Notes: generated by a model from the sequence alone, not told the origin. DNA of 15,204 nt from Candidatus Altiarchaeales archaeon IMC4 (GCA_001742785.1 MCBF01000001.1:1-15204); one strand, 5' to 3'; positions 1 to 8,285 are shown, numbered from the stretch's first letter. A program made the numbers and translations.

Positions 1-1239
1 TCCAACAACCTCCGAGACCATGTGCTGGACGTGCGAATACTTTTCGACGCCCATCAGTTTCGTAACCTTGACTGTGCCGAATTTTGCCACCCTTCCGATG
101 TCATTTCTGCCGAGGTCAACAAGCATTATGTGCTCCGCGCGCTCCTTTTCATCACAGAGCATTTCTGTCTCAAGTTCCTTGTCCGCCGCAGGGGTCTCGC
201 CGCGCCCCCTTGTGCCTGCTATCGGGTATGTCCAGACAGTTCGGTTTTCAACGCGAACCAGCATCTCAGGGCTTGAGCCGACAATATTGCGGGCGCCGAA
301 ATCTAGAAAATACATGTATGGCGATGGGTTGATTTCCTTCAGAAGTTTGTAAACCGCAAACGCATCCCCCTTGAATTTCACGGATAACTGCTGGGAAGGC
401 ACGACCTGGAATATGTCGCCCTCCACGATGTATTCCTTCGCGCGCACAACCATCGCCTCGAACTGCTCTTTTGTCACGTTCGATTCGAATTTTATCGTAG
501 TACCACGAAACTCCTTTTGGAGTTTCAATGTACTCGACACAAATTTGCCTATTTGCGATTTTATCGCAAATTCTTGAAACTGCATAAGCGTTTGCCCTTG
601 ATGGCAAACGGTATCCCGAAATTGCAAAGCAATTTCGTGGAAAGCAGTTTCCAGATGCAAATTTCTTGTTTCAGGTGCTTTTTTTGGTTTTGCGGGTTTT
701 TCGAGAGTGCGCCTCTTGTGCAGTCGCGCCTTTATCTTCTTGAGCATTTCGGTTTCAAGGGGAACGTCATCACCCTCGAAGACGTTTGCAGTCAGGTACG
801 TTTTACCGGCGATGTGGTCGAAGATTATGTTGTTTCTTGCCAGGACAAATTCGCAGTCCGGCATGCGTCTTTTCTTGTCCTCGAGTTTCACGAAGTGGCG
901 GACGATATCATATGAAAAATACCCCACAAACCCGCCGCAGAACCGGAAGATATTTTCTTCGGATTTGAAGTTCGACATAAGGCTGCGCATGGATTCTATC
1001 GGGTTTTGCCCGCGAACGTGTAATCTCTTTAGTGCGGGTATGCCGCTGTCAAATGAAACGTCTTTGCCCTCTATCCTGACAAATGCGATAGGGTTTATGC
1101 CTATTATGGAAAAGCGGGCCGTTTTTTCCCCCCCTTCCGCAGACTGCAGGAGGTACGTATTCTCCCCGCGAAAAGCGTCGTAAACCTCAAGCGGGTCGAG
1201 TTCCGCTTCCAGTTCTTCTATAACCTGCCTGACATCCAT
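1..1239 (-). CDS. trpE: Anthranilate synthase component I, 3' end truncated by the window edge; carries a ~60-aa insertion encoded by 499-678
   Basis: Manual translation of the minus strand from ATG at 1239, with no stop found: MDVRQVIEELEAELDPLEVYDAFRGENTYLLQSAEGGEKTARFSIIG...GGFVGYFSYDIV...IFDH...SNVTKEQF...AKEYIVEGDIFQVVPSQ...INPSPYMYFLD...GSSPEML...TYPIAGTRGRG...EKERAEHIMLVDLGRND...KYSHVQH. PIAGT rather than PIKGT favours TrpE over PabB. It is absent from the ORF track because it runs off the edge. Confidence 0.95.
   Translation of the reverse strand, partial: MDVRQVIEELEAELDPLEVYDAFRGENTYLLQSAEGGEKTARFSIIGINPIAFVRIEGKDVSFDSGIPALKRLHVRGQNPIESMRSLMSNFKSEENIFRFCGGFVGYFSYDIVRHFVKLEDKKRRMPDCEFVLARNNIIFDHIAGKTYLTANVFEGDDVPLETEMLKKIKARLHKRRTLEKPAKPKKAPETRNLHLETAFHEIALQFRDTVCHQGQTLMQFQEFAIKSQIGKFVSSTLKLQKEFRGTTIKFESNVTKEQFEAMVVRAKEYIVEGDIFQVVPSQQLSVKFKGDAFAVYKLLKEINPSPYMYFLDFGARNIVGSSPEMLVRVENRTVWTYPIAGTRGRGETPAADKELETEMLCDEKERAEHIMLVDLGRNDIGRVAKFGTVKVTKLMGVEKYSHVQHMVSEVVG
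499..679. repeat. Nested palindromic element inserted in frame in trpE
   Basis: Perfect inverted-repeat pairs: GAAACTCC 507-514/519-526; AAATTTGC 541-548/657-664; ATTTGCGAT 551-559/563-571; GAAACTGC 576-583/644-651; CGTTTGCC 589-596/603-610; CGAAATTGC 617-625/629-637. There is also an imperfect terminal pair, AGTACC 499-504/GGTGCT 674-679. Exact boundaries are inferred. Confidence 0.85.
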
Positions 1240-1331
1240 ATTAATATATACCACAACAATAATTATAATGGTTGCCGGGAATTCAAAACTCTGTTTTTAT
1301 TAACCTGCACCCAATTATAAAACTCTGCAAA
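1240..1331. promoter_or_regulatory. Divergent promoter region between trpE and psmA
   Basis: AT-rich 92-bp gap. TTTTTATTAA (1294-1303) lies about 30 nt before the psmA ATG, and AATTATAA (1261-1268) about 22-29 nt before the trpE ATG on the minus strand. Both positions fit archaeal TATA boxes of leaderless or short-leader transcripts. Confidence 0.5.
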
Positions 1332-2069
1332 ATGTATCCAATGGGACCATCCGCGTACGACAGGGCGATAACGGTGTTCAGCCCCGACGGCAGGCTTTTT
1401 CAGGTAGAATACGCCAGAGAGGCCGTCAAAAGAGGGACAACTGCAATAGGCATAGTGTACGATGAGGGGGTTCTCATGGCGGTCGACAAGAGCATAAGCA
1501 CATCGCTCGTAGTGCCAGGCTCAATCGAAAAAATCTTCAGGATCGACAAACACATGGGGGCTGCGACATCCGGCCTTGTGGCCGATGCCAGAAGGCTCGT
1601 CGAGGACGCAAGGCTCAAGGCCCAAAGAAACAAAATCGCATATAATGAGCCGATGACAGTCTCCGCGCTGGTCAAGGACATATGCAACATGAAACAGCTT
1701 TACACCCAGTACGGCGGCGCGCGCCCGTTCGGAGCGTCACTTCTTGTAGCAGGGGTAAACAGCAAGCCGCACCTTTTTGAGACAGACCCGAGCGGTGCAT
1801 TCACCGAGTACACCGCCGCTGCGATCGGCTCCGGAAAGCGCGACGTAGAAAAGATATTCGAGAAAAAATACAAGGCAGACATGGGCAGGGGGCAGGCAAT
1901 AGAGCTTGCGATGCTTGGCCTGAACTCCGTTTCGGAAACAGGCATAAAAAAGGAGAACATAGAGGTCGTAACAATCGAGGTCGGCGGCGAGTACAAAAAA
2001 TTGGGCTTGGCCGAGGTTGCGCCATTCGTTGAAAAGGCAGGCAAGACAGAAAAACTGAAGCAGGATTAA
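1332..2069 (+). CDS. psmA: Archaeal 20S proteasome alpha subunit
   Basis: Signature AYDRAITVFSPDGRLFQVEYAREAVKRGTT, plus SIEKIF, SGLVADAR, YTQYGGARPFG and TDPSG. The start is placed at ATG 1332 (MYPMGP...) instead of the track's 1272. Confidence 0.97.
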   Translation: MYPMGPSAYDRAITVFSPDGRLFQVEYAREAVKRGTTAIGIVYDEGVLMAVDKSISTSLVVPGSIEKIFRIDKHMGAATSGLVADARRLVEDARLKAQRNKIAYNEPMTVSALVKDICNMKQLYTQYGGARPFGASLLVAGVNSKPHLFETDPSGAFTEYTAAAIGSGKRDVEKIFEKKYKADMGRGQAIELAMLGLNSVSETGIKKENIEVVTIEVGGEYKKLGLAEVAPFVEKAGKTEKLKQD

Positions 2070-2070
2070 T

Positions 2071-3591
2071 CTATATCTCGAGCAGTTTCTTCGGGTCCTT
2101 CCCCTTGTTAAACAGGTCAACCACGTAGTCCGTATCAACGTAATACCGGTTCATTACCCTGCCGACGTCATCGATCGAGCGTATGTTGTGCTCTACAAGG
2201 GATTCAAGGATCTTCTTCTTTTGCTGTATCTCGTCAAGGACTTCCTGTTCGGTGAAACCCGTATGCACGCCGATTCTTTCATATAGCTGGGCGTTTACCT
2301 TTGTCAAGGCAACGGTATCGCTTCTGGCATTCCACTTGTAAATGACATTTGGCCTGAACTTAAAATCCCCGCGCTTTGCAGCCGTCTCGTCCGGAACGAA
2401 TTCACCGACCTCGAACGTCCTTCTTATTCCGCGCCTTCTGTCCCGGAACATGACTACGTTCAGGTGTACGGAGTCGAGCATGCTGTGGGGTATGTCAACA
2501 GGCGGGTTTGTCAGCCTTGCTATTGTCTGCTCGCATGTATCGGCGTGAAGGGTCGCATAAACGCTGTGCCCCGTGTGCATCGCCTCGAACAACACCTCTG
2601 CCTCCCTCTTTTTACGCACCTCACCCATGATTATGCGGTCAGGCCTCATACGAAGCGAGTTTACAAGAAGGTCAAGCATCGAAACCTCACCCTTCCCCTC
2701 AGGGTTCGGCTGCCTTGTAGTCAGGGGTGTCCAGTAAAGGTACTGCGGCAGCTGCAACTCACGGGTATCCTCGATGCTGATTATCCTCTGGTTAGGCAGG
2801 ACGAACGGCATGCAGATATTCAAAAACGACGTCTTTCCGGAGCCGGTCCCTCCCGATAATAACATGTTCATCTCGTACTGCATGACGAGCCATATCAGGG
2901 CCATAACCTCCGAGTTTGCAGTCTTGTTCTTTATGAAGTCGGTGACAGTCCACGGGTCGCGGGCGAATTTCCTTATTGTTATCGTGTTGCCTTTTGTCGA
3001 AATAGGCATAAGTATGGCGTTCGCGCGGTCCTTTGTCATAAGGTGCGCATCCAAAAGCGGGTTAAGCGTCGTGATTTCACGGCCGATCCTCCTTGCGATG
3101 GTATTTGAATAGTTTTGTATCTGCATCTCTGATTTGGGGGTTACATTTGTGGCCAACCAGTGGTGTTTTTTATGGTAAACCCTTACCGGCTCCTTGGCGG
3201 AATTTATGACTATCTCCTCGATCTTGTCGTCGTCCAGAAAGAAGTCTATGTCCTCAAGGCCCAAAAGTTCGTGGACCATGCTCAGGATGAAGTGGTTTTT
3301 TACATCGTCCTCAAGGTCCGGAAGCTCCGTACCCAATATAGTCCCGGCGTTTTCCTCGAACGCCTTTTTTAGATCAGTTATGGTTTTGGAGTCAAGAACC
3401 TCGCTCGTCTTTATGTCAGCGGAGCTTATCAAACGCTCTTTTATGTCGTCAAGAAGCGCCGATGTAGCCACGTCAACCTCGGGAAGGACGAGTTTGTAGT
3501 ACAGCGTGTGGTCTTCATCCACGATATTCACGCGGGTTTTAACCCCAACAGATTCTATCTCGTATCTGTCTATTATCTTCCCCTCGGCCAT
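2071..3591 (-). CDS. Type II/IV secretion or archaeal type IV pilus assembly ATPase (VirB11/CpaF/FlaI family)
   Basis: Walker A GGTGSGKT, Asp box SIEDTREL, Walker B region LRMRPDRIIMGEVR, His box MHTGHSVYATLHA, and TITIRKF. Confidence 0.93.
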   Translation of the reverse strand: MAEGKIIDRYEIESVGVKTRVNIVDEDHTLYYKLVLPEVDVATSALLDDIKERLISSADIKTSEVLDSKTITDLKKAFEENAGTILGTELPDLEDDVKNHFILSMVHELLGLEDIDFFLDDDKIEEIVINSAKEPVRVYHKKHHWLATNVTPKSEMQIQNYSNTIARRIGREITTLNPLLDAHLMTKDRANAILMPISTKGNTITIRKFARDPWTVTDFIKNKTANSEVMALIWLVMQYEMNMLLSGGTGSGKTSFLNICMPFVLPNQRIISIEDTRELQLPQYLYWTPLTTRQPNPEGKGEVSMLDLLVNSLRMRPDRIIMGEVRKKREAEVLFEAMHTGHSVYATLHADTCEQTIARLTNPPVDIPHSMLDSVHLNVVMFRDRRRGIRRTFEVGEFVPDETAAKRGDFKFRPNVIYKWNARSDTVALTKVNAQLYERIGVHTGFTEQEVLDEIQQKKKILESLVEHNIRSIDDVGRVMNRYYVDTDYVVDLFNKGKDPKKLLEI

Positions 3592-3677
3592 AACATTAAT
3601 TATTGCCTAAGACCTAATAAAAATAGCCCTTTTCTTTTCAAAGAAAAGGACATAATATAAGACAATAAAATACCAAA

Positions 3678-4379
3678 ATGGAGATACTTGGTTTCGACGT
3701 ACTGTACCTGCTGGGTGCGATTATGGTCTTTTTCGCAGCAGCCGGGGTCGTGCTTTCATTGGTCGGGGCGGCCCTAGTGGTGCTGTTTTCAAAGAGGAAC
3801 AAACTTTTCATCTCAAGGACAACACTTATAATCCTGCGGGCGTTTGAAGTGCCCATAAAGTATCTTTTGAGCCTCTTCGGGATGGATGGAGATGTCCTTG
3901 ACAGAATGCTTGTGGGCATAGAGAACAATCTGTACAAGAACGCCTTTTCAAAGGTTCCCTACAAGAAGCGCGCCATCTTCTTCCCGCAGTGCTTGAGGCA
4001 CCCGGAGTGCCCTGCAAAGCTTTCCCCCGAGGGCATACAGTGCATTGGGTGCGGGCGGTGCGGGCTCGGGGAAATCAAAAAGGATGCGGAAAAACTAGGG
4101 GTGATGTTCTTCATAGTTCCCGGCTCAAGCTTCATAAAGCGCATGATCAGGAAATACAAGCCGCTGGCCGTGATTGGCGTGGGGTGTTCGATGGAGGTCA
4201 AGGAGGGGATGCAGATGATGGCGGAAATCGGACTTCCGACGCAGGCAGTTACGCTCTTGAGGGACGGCTGCATGGATACGAGGGTTGATGTTGACAAGCT
4301 GATGCAAGCCATAATGATGCCACGGGAAAACGATTTGGAAAGAACGGAAGAGATTGCAAGGAAGTGGAACGGTAGGTAG
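3678..4379 (+). CDS. DUF116-family Cys-rich protein with N-terminal membrane anchor
   Basis: Hydrophobic N-terminal ~35 aa followed by PQCLRHPECPA, CIGCGRC, PGSS, GVGC and GCMDT, the motif order I recognise for DUF116. Confidence 0.85.
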   Translation: MEILGFDVLYLLGAIMVFFAAAGVVLSLVGAALVVLFSKRNKLFISRTTLIILRAFEVPIKYLLSLFGMDGDVLDRMLVGIENNLYKNAFSKVPYKKRAIFFPQCLRHPECPAKLSPEGIQCIGCGRCGLGEIKKDAEKLGVMFFIVPGSSFIKRMIRKYKPLAVIGVGCSMEVKEGMQMMAEIGLPTQAVTLLRDGCMDTRVDVDKLMQAIMMPRENDLERTEEIARKWNGR

Positions 4380-4393
4380 GTTTCAAGCGCATT

Positions 4394-5248
4394 TCAAAAA
4401 ACCACATCTAATGCAAGAAACACAAAGAAACTCACGCTGACTAATGCATTTACATCAAAAAACGCGATATGAATCTTTTTTATATCGTATCGCACAATCC
4501 ACTGCCCATACGATAAAAAAAGAATTATTGTTACAATCCCCATCAGGAACATGAATCCCAAATTTGACACAAAGTAAAGCGGGATTAAAAATAAAACACT
4601 TATTACGTGAAATAATAGGGTTATTTTCAGTGCGTTATCCAATCCAAAACGCTGAGGTATTGAATGCAACCCGCTCTTTCTGTCAAAACCCATATCCTGA
4701 ATTGAATAAATAATGTCAAACCCCGCAACCCAGAACACCACCGATGCGAGCACCAACATAGATGGGAAAAATCCCTCAAAGGTTCCCGTAATCGCCAGCC
4801 ACCCGCCAACCGGCGCGATGCCGAGGCATAGTCCTAAAAAAAGGTGCGAAAGGTATGTGTATCGCTTGAGATAAGGGTAAATTACGAACATGGCTACGAG
4901 AATTGGCGACAGCATAAAACACAAAATATTTAATTGATATGCAGATATAAAAAGTAGAATAAAGGACAATATTGTAAAGATTAGCGCGCTCCCTACCCTT
5001 ATATCCCCTCTTGGGATATGTCTATCTTTTGTTCTCGGATTTAATGCATCAATTTTTGCATCGATTATTCTGTTGAGGGACATCGCAGCGCTTCTCGCTC
5101 CGACCGCCGCCAGAGTGATCCAGATTAATGTGATTATTCCGGGGATTCCATTGTAGGCAAGAACTGCCCCTGAATAAGCAAACGGCAGGGCGAATATACT
5201 GTGTTCAAATTTTATGAACTCCAAATTTTTTTTGGTTTTGGTCATCAT
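4394..5248 (-). CDS. ubiA: UbiA-family prenyltransferase of the futalosine pathway (MqnP-like)
   Basis: IKFEHSIFALPFAY, first Asp-rich motif NRIIDAKIDALNPRT, second motif FDIIYSIQDMGFD, many hydrophobic helices, and last position in the mqnC-mqnE-mqnA run. Confidence 0.92.
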   Translation of the reverse strand: MMTKTKKNLEFIKFEHSIFALPFAYSGAVLAYNGIPGIITLIWITLAAVGARSAAMSLNRIIDAKIDALNPRTKDRHIPRGDIRVGSALIFTILSFILLFISAYQLNILCFMLSPILVAMFVIYPYLKRYTYLSHLFLGLCLGIAPVGGWLAITGTFEGFFPSMLVLASVVFWVAGFDIIYSIQDMGFDRKSGLHSIPQRFGLDNALKITLLFHVISVLFLIPLYFVSNLGFMFLMGIVTIILFLSYGQWIVRYDIKKIHIAFFDVNALVSVSFFVFLALDVVF

Positions 5249-5255
5249 TATAATT

Positions 5256-6077
5256 TTAAAAGAATTCCAAATCTGGAATTTTATTTATAATTTTAAATTT
5301 TTCTGCCAATCCGAGATATTCTAAGAGGCCGCTCTTCTCTTTTTCACCAAAATCATAAGACAGGGACGAGAGATGCCCTTTTAGGAATTCGCCATCTATT
5401 GAAATTTGGGATGCCAGTTCCTTTGAGATAGTATCCATATCTTTATAGGAATATTCCCTTGCGCGATATAATTGTCTCGTAAACTCTTTAATTTCTTCGG
5501 GTTTTTCCTGCGCGGTTTTTTTATTTACAAACCAGAGAGCATAAACCATGCTCTTTTCGGTCAATTTATACCACTCTTCGCCAAGATCTGCTAAAACACG
5601 ATTTTTAGAAAACGAAACAAGCGCATTATCTCCTATAAGAAGCCCTGCGTCAGCCTTTCTTAGCATTCTTTCAATATCCGGCTCTTGATTATAGATAAAT
5701 TTCGCATTTATTTTTTTCATTTTCAGTATGATTTCAATTAATGCGATTGAACTTGCTGATGTAAATGGAAGCGCTATTGTTTTTCCGGATATATCCTCTG
5801 GTGAGGAAAGGGTGTTGGAAAAAACGAGGATGCTGTTTGTCTTCCCTTTTGCGCTTATTGAAATACCAGGGAGTATCAGAAGTTTGCCGGGGTGTCTGGC
5901 ATAAATTATCGATGATGCCGGCGCTATGTCAAGTTCTCCTTTCACAAGCATCTCGCCGAGTTTTGAGGGGTAATCTGTGTAAAATTTAAAGTTTTTATTA
6001 ATCTCTTCCGCAACCTTCTCAAATCCGTGGTAAATGAATTCTGTGTTCCTGAAGGGGGTTTTACCTATTTTTAGCAT
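5256..6077 (-). CDS. mqnA: Chorismate dehydratase
   Basis: IGKTPFRNT, PSKL...GELDIAPASSI, TSASSIAL, LLIGDNAL and DLGEEWYKLT...MVYALW match the MqnA pattern; it lies directly downstream of mqnE. Confidence 0.9.
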   Translation of the reverse strand: MLKIGKTPFRNTEFIYHGFEKVAEEINKNFKFYTDYPSKLGEMLVKGELDIAPASSIIYARHPGKLLILPGISISAKGKTNSILVFSNTLSSPEDISGKTIALPFTSASSIALIEIILKMKKINAKFIYNQEPDIERMLRKADAGLLIGDNALVSFSKNRVLADLGEEWYKLTEKSMVYALWFVNKKTAQEKPEEIKEFTRQLYRAREYSYKDMDTISKELASQISIDGEFLKGHLSSLSYDFGEKEKSGLLEYLGLAEKFKIINKIPDLEFF

Positions 6078-6079
6078 CT

Positions 6080-7183
6080 TTATTCAAAAATTTTAATTAT
6101 CTCATAATCTGTCGTCCTCTGCGCAGGAACCCTGCCGGCGCCCTTTATCAACATTACAAGTTCTTCCTTTGTTGCGCACCCATCACTGTATCCTCCCGCA
6201 GCATGCGCAATCCTTTCCTCGACAACCGTACCGTCCATGTCATTAACCCCGTAGTTCAGGGAGACTTGGGCAAGTTTCTTTCCGAGCATGACCCAGTACG
6301 CCCTTATATTGTCGATACAGCCATTCAACAAAATCCTTGAGACAGCCAGCACCCTGAGGTCGTCAAACCCGCCGGGTGGATTTTTTACCATGCCATGCCT
6401 GTAAAGCTCGGTGTTCTGCGGGTGGAAACTCAAGGGAATAAAAACCTGGAAGCCGCCTGTTTTTTCCTGCAAATCCCTGATTTTCAGTATATGCTCGACC
6501 CTGTCTTTTGGGGTTTCTATATGACCGTAAAGCATCGTGGAATTTGATTTTATCCCTATCTTATGCGCAGTTTCCATGACATTCAGCCACTGGGAACTTG
6601 ACGCCTTGTTAGGACACAATTTTTCCCTTAACCCGTCATTTAATATTTCCGCGCCTCCGCCCGGAATAGAACCCAGCCCCGCTTCCTTGAATCTGCCTAA
6701 AATTTCTTTAATCGTGCTTTTATTTTGCTTGGCAAGAAATGCAATTTCAGTGGCAGTGAATGCCTTGATATGGATTTCTGGGAAATTCTTTTTAATTTCC
6801 GCAAGCATAGTTTCATAGTAATCCAAAGGCAAATCCGGGTTTAAACTTCCGACAATGTGCACTTCAGTAATTCCCCTGTGCACCGAATCTTTTATTTTTT
6901 TAAGGACATCCTCAACGCTCATGACGTACGCGCCCTGCGAATCCTTGTCCCTGTAAAACGCGCAGAACCTGCATTTGCTTGAGCAGATGTTCGTGTAATT
7001 CACCTGCCGGTTTGATACGAAGGTTACGATGTCTCCCGCGGTTTTCTTTCTTAGTTTGTCTGCAGTATCACCCAACAAAAGCAAATCATTTGAATTCATC
7101 AGGGATATGCCTTCTTTTTTGTCAAGTTTCTCGCCGTTCAATGCCTTTTCGCAGGTTTCATGAATGTCCTTATTCGATGTCAT
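6080..7183 (-). CDS. mqnE: Aminofutalosine synthase (CofH/MqnC-family radical SAM enzyme)
   Basis: NYTNICSSKCRFCAF (CxxxCxxC), PGGGAEI, and MqnE-type segments EVHIVG, HIKAFTATEI, RAYWVMLG and DMDGTVVEERIAHAAG. Confidence 0.88.
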   Translation of the reverse strand: MTSNKDIHETCEKALNGEKLDKKEGISLMNSNDLLLLGDTADKLRKKTAGDIVTFVSNRQVNYTNICSSKCRFCAFYRDKDSQGAYVMSVEDVLKKIKDSVHRGITEVHIVGSLNPDLPLDYYETMLAEIKKNFPEIHIKAFTATEIAFLAKQNKSTIKEILGRFKEAGLGSIPGGGAEILNDGLREKLCPNKASSSQWLNVMETAHKIGIKSNSTMLYGHIETPKDRVEHILKIRDLQEKTGGFQVFIPLSFHPQNTELYRHGMVKNPPGGFDDLRVLAVSRILLNGCIDNIRAYWVMLGKKLAQVSLNYGVNDMDGTVVEERIAHAAGGYSDGCATKEELVMLIKGAGRVPAQRTTDYEIIKIFE

Positions 7184-7184
7184 C

Positions 7185-8285
7185 TTAACCGTATGATTTT
7201 ACTATTTTATACAACGTATCCCTCTGCGCCGCGGGCCTTCCGGACTCGTTTATCAACCTGACTATTTCCTGCGCAGGCATTGGGGTGGAATTAACCCCTG
7301 CGGCCTTCACAACGTTCTCTTCGATTATCGTACCTGAAAAATCGTTTGCCCCGTAGAAAAGCGCAACCTGTCCTAATTTTGCGCCCTCGGTCAGCCACGA
7401 GCATTGGATGTTATCGATTGCCCCAGCAAGGAGTATCCGGGAAAGCGCGATTACCTCCAAATAATCAATTCCGCCTGTGGCAGGGGGCCCCTCATCGTAC
7501 AGTTCGGTATGTTCCGGCTGAAAACTCCAAGGTATAAATGCGGTAAATCCTTCGGTCTTTTCCTGAATTTCTCTAAGGCGCAGGATATGTTTTATTCTGG
7601 TTTTTTTACTCTCGCCGAACCCATAGACCATCGTTGCGGATGTTTTCAAACCCAACTTATGGGCCGTTATCATCACCCTCTTCCACTGCCCCCATGATAT
7701 TTTATTCGGGCTTATCTTTTTTCTTATATCATCGTCCAGCAGTTCAGCCCCGCCGCCGGGGATGCTTTGAAGCCCGGCGTCAATCAGCCGTTCAAGCGTC
7801 TCTTTTACACTACTGCCTGATGTTTTTGCAATAAAAGAGATTTCGGGCGCCGAAAAAAAATGCCTTTGGACATTCGGGAATTTATCCCTTACCGTCTTAA
7901 TCACATCTTCATAATACTCGATAGGCAAATCCGGGTTCAGCCCGCCCTGAATCAAAACCTGCGTGGCACCGAGTTTTGCGGCATTTGACACCTTTTCGAG
8001 AATTTCATCTATATTTAAGACATAAGCGTCTTTATCACCCGCCCTGCGGTAATAGGCGCAGAATTTACAGCCGCTTGTGCAGACATTAGTATAGTTTATG
8101 GTTGTGTCTATGACGAAGGTAACAAGATCGCCAACGGCCTTTTGCCTCAAATGATCGGCTGCTGCCCCGATGGTGTTTAAATCATACTCCAAAAGATCCA
8201 CAGCGTCCTTGAATGTTACGCCGCTTGCGGCTTTCTCAAGGATATGCCCTGCTTCACCCGTCTGCTTTAATCCGGTCATTATCAT
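7185..8285 (-). CDS. mqnC: Cyclic dehypoxanthine futalosine synthase (radical SAM); start may be 8279
   Basis: INYTNVCTSGCKFCAY (CxxxCxxC), QVLIQGGLNPDL, PGGGAELL, FIPWSFQP, NIQCSWLT and GANDFSGTIIEENVV. Confidence 0.9.
   Translation of the reverse strand: MIMTGLKQTGEAGHILEKAASGVTFKDAVDLLEYDLNTIGAAADHLRQKAVGDLVTFVIDTTINYTNVCTSGCKFCAYYRRAGDKDAYVLNIDEILEKVSNAAKLGATQVLIQGGLNPDLPIEYYEDVIKTVRDKFPNVQRHFFSAPEISFIAKTSGSSVKETLERLIDAGLQSIPGGGAELLDDDIRKKISPNKISWGQWKRVMITAHKLGLKTSATMVYGFGESKKTRIKHILRLREIQEKTEGFTAFIPWSFQPEHTELYDEGPPATGGIDYLEVIALSRILLAGAIDNIQCSWLTEGAKLGQVALFYGANDFSGTIIEENVVKAAGVNSTPMPAQEIVRLINESGRPAAQRDTLYKIVKSYG

Noticed and set aside
499..678. The trpE insert as a mini-intein
   Set aside because: It is too short, has no Cys/Ser start with a His-Asn end, and lies in a variable linker rather than a conserved motif.
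499..679. CRISPR array, tRNA or trp attenuator
   Set aside because: There are no equal direct repeats with spacers and no T-loop or anticodon features. The element lies mid-gene with no Trp-codon leader peptide.
490..690. Canonical bulge-helix-bulge intron junction at the insert ends
   Set aside because: The flanking mRNA segments (A-rich on the 5' side, ACGAUAAAA on the 3' side) do not pair into a recognisable BHB. Splicing by another route is not excluded.
20..1183. Track ORFs 20..352, 22..276, 84..332, 266..607, 371..577, 517..915, 707..1183 and 786..968
   Set aside because: They are antisense or off-frame shadows of the trpE frame and carry no recognisable motifs.
1..1239. pabB assignment
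   Set aside because: The motif is PIAGT, not the PabB-type PIKGT, and NPSPYM is present.
1272..1331. Longer psmA N-terminus from the ORF track
   Set aside because: It uses a TTG start and runs through an AT-rich promoter-like gap. The conserved YDR motif follows shortly after ATG 1332.
6080..8285. F420 biosynthesis cofH/cofG calls for the two radical SAM genes
   Set aside because: Subfamily motifs and the mqnA/mqnD/ubiA context support MqnE and MqnC.
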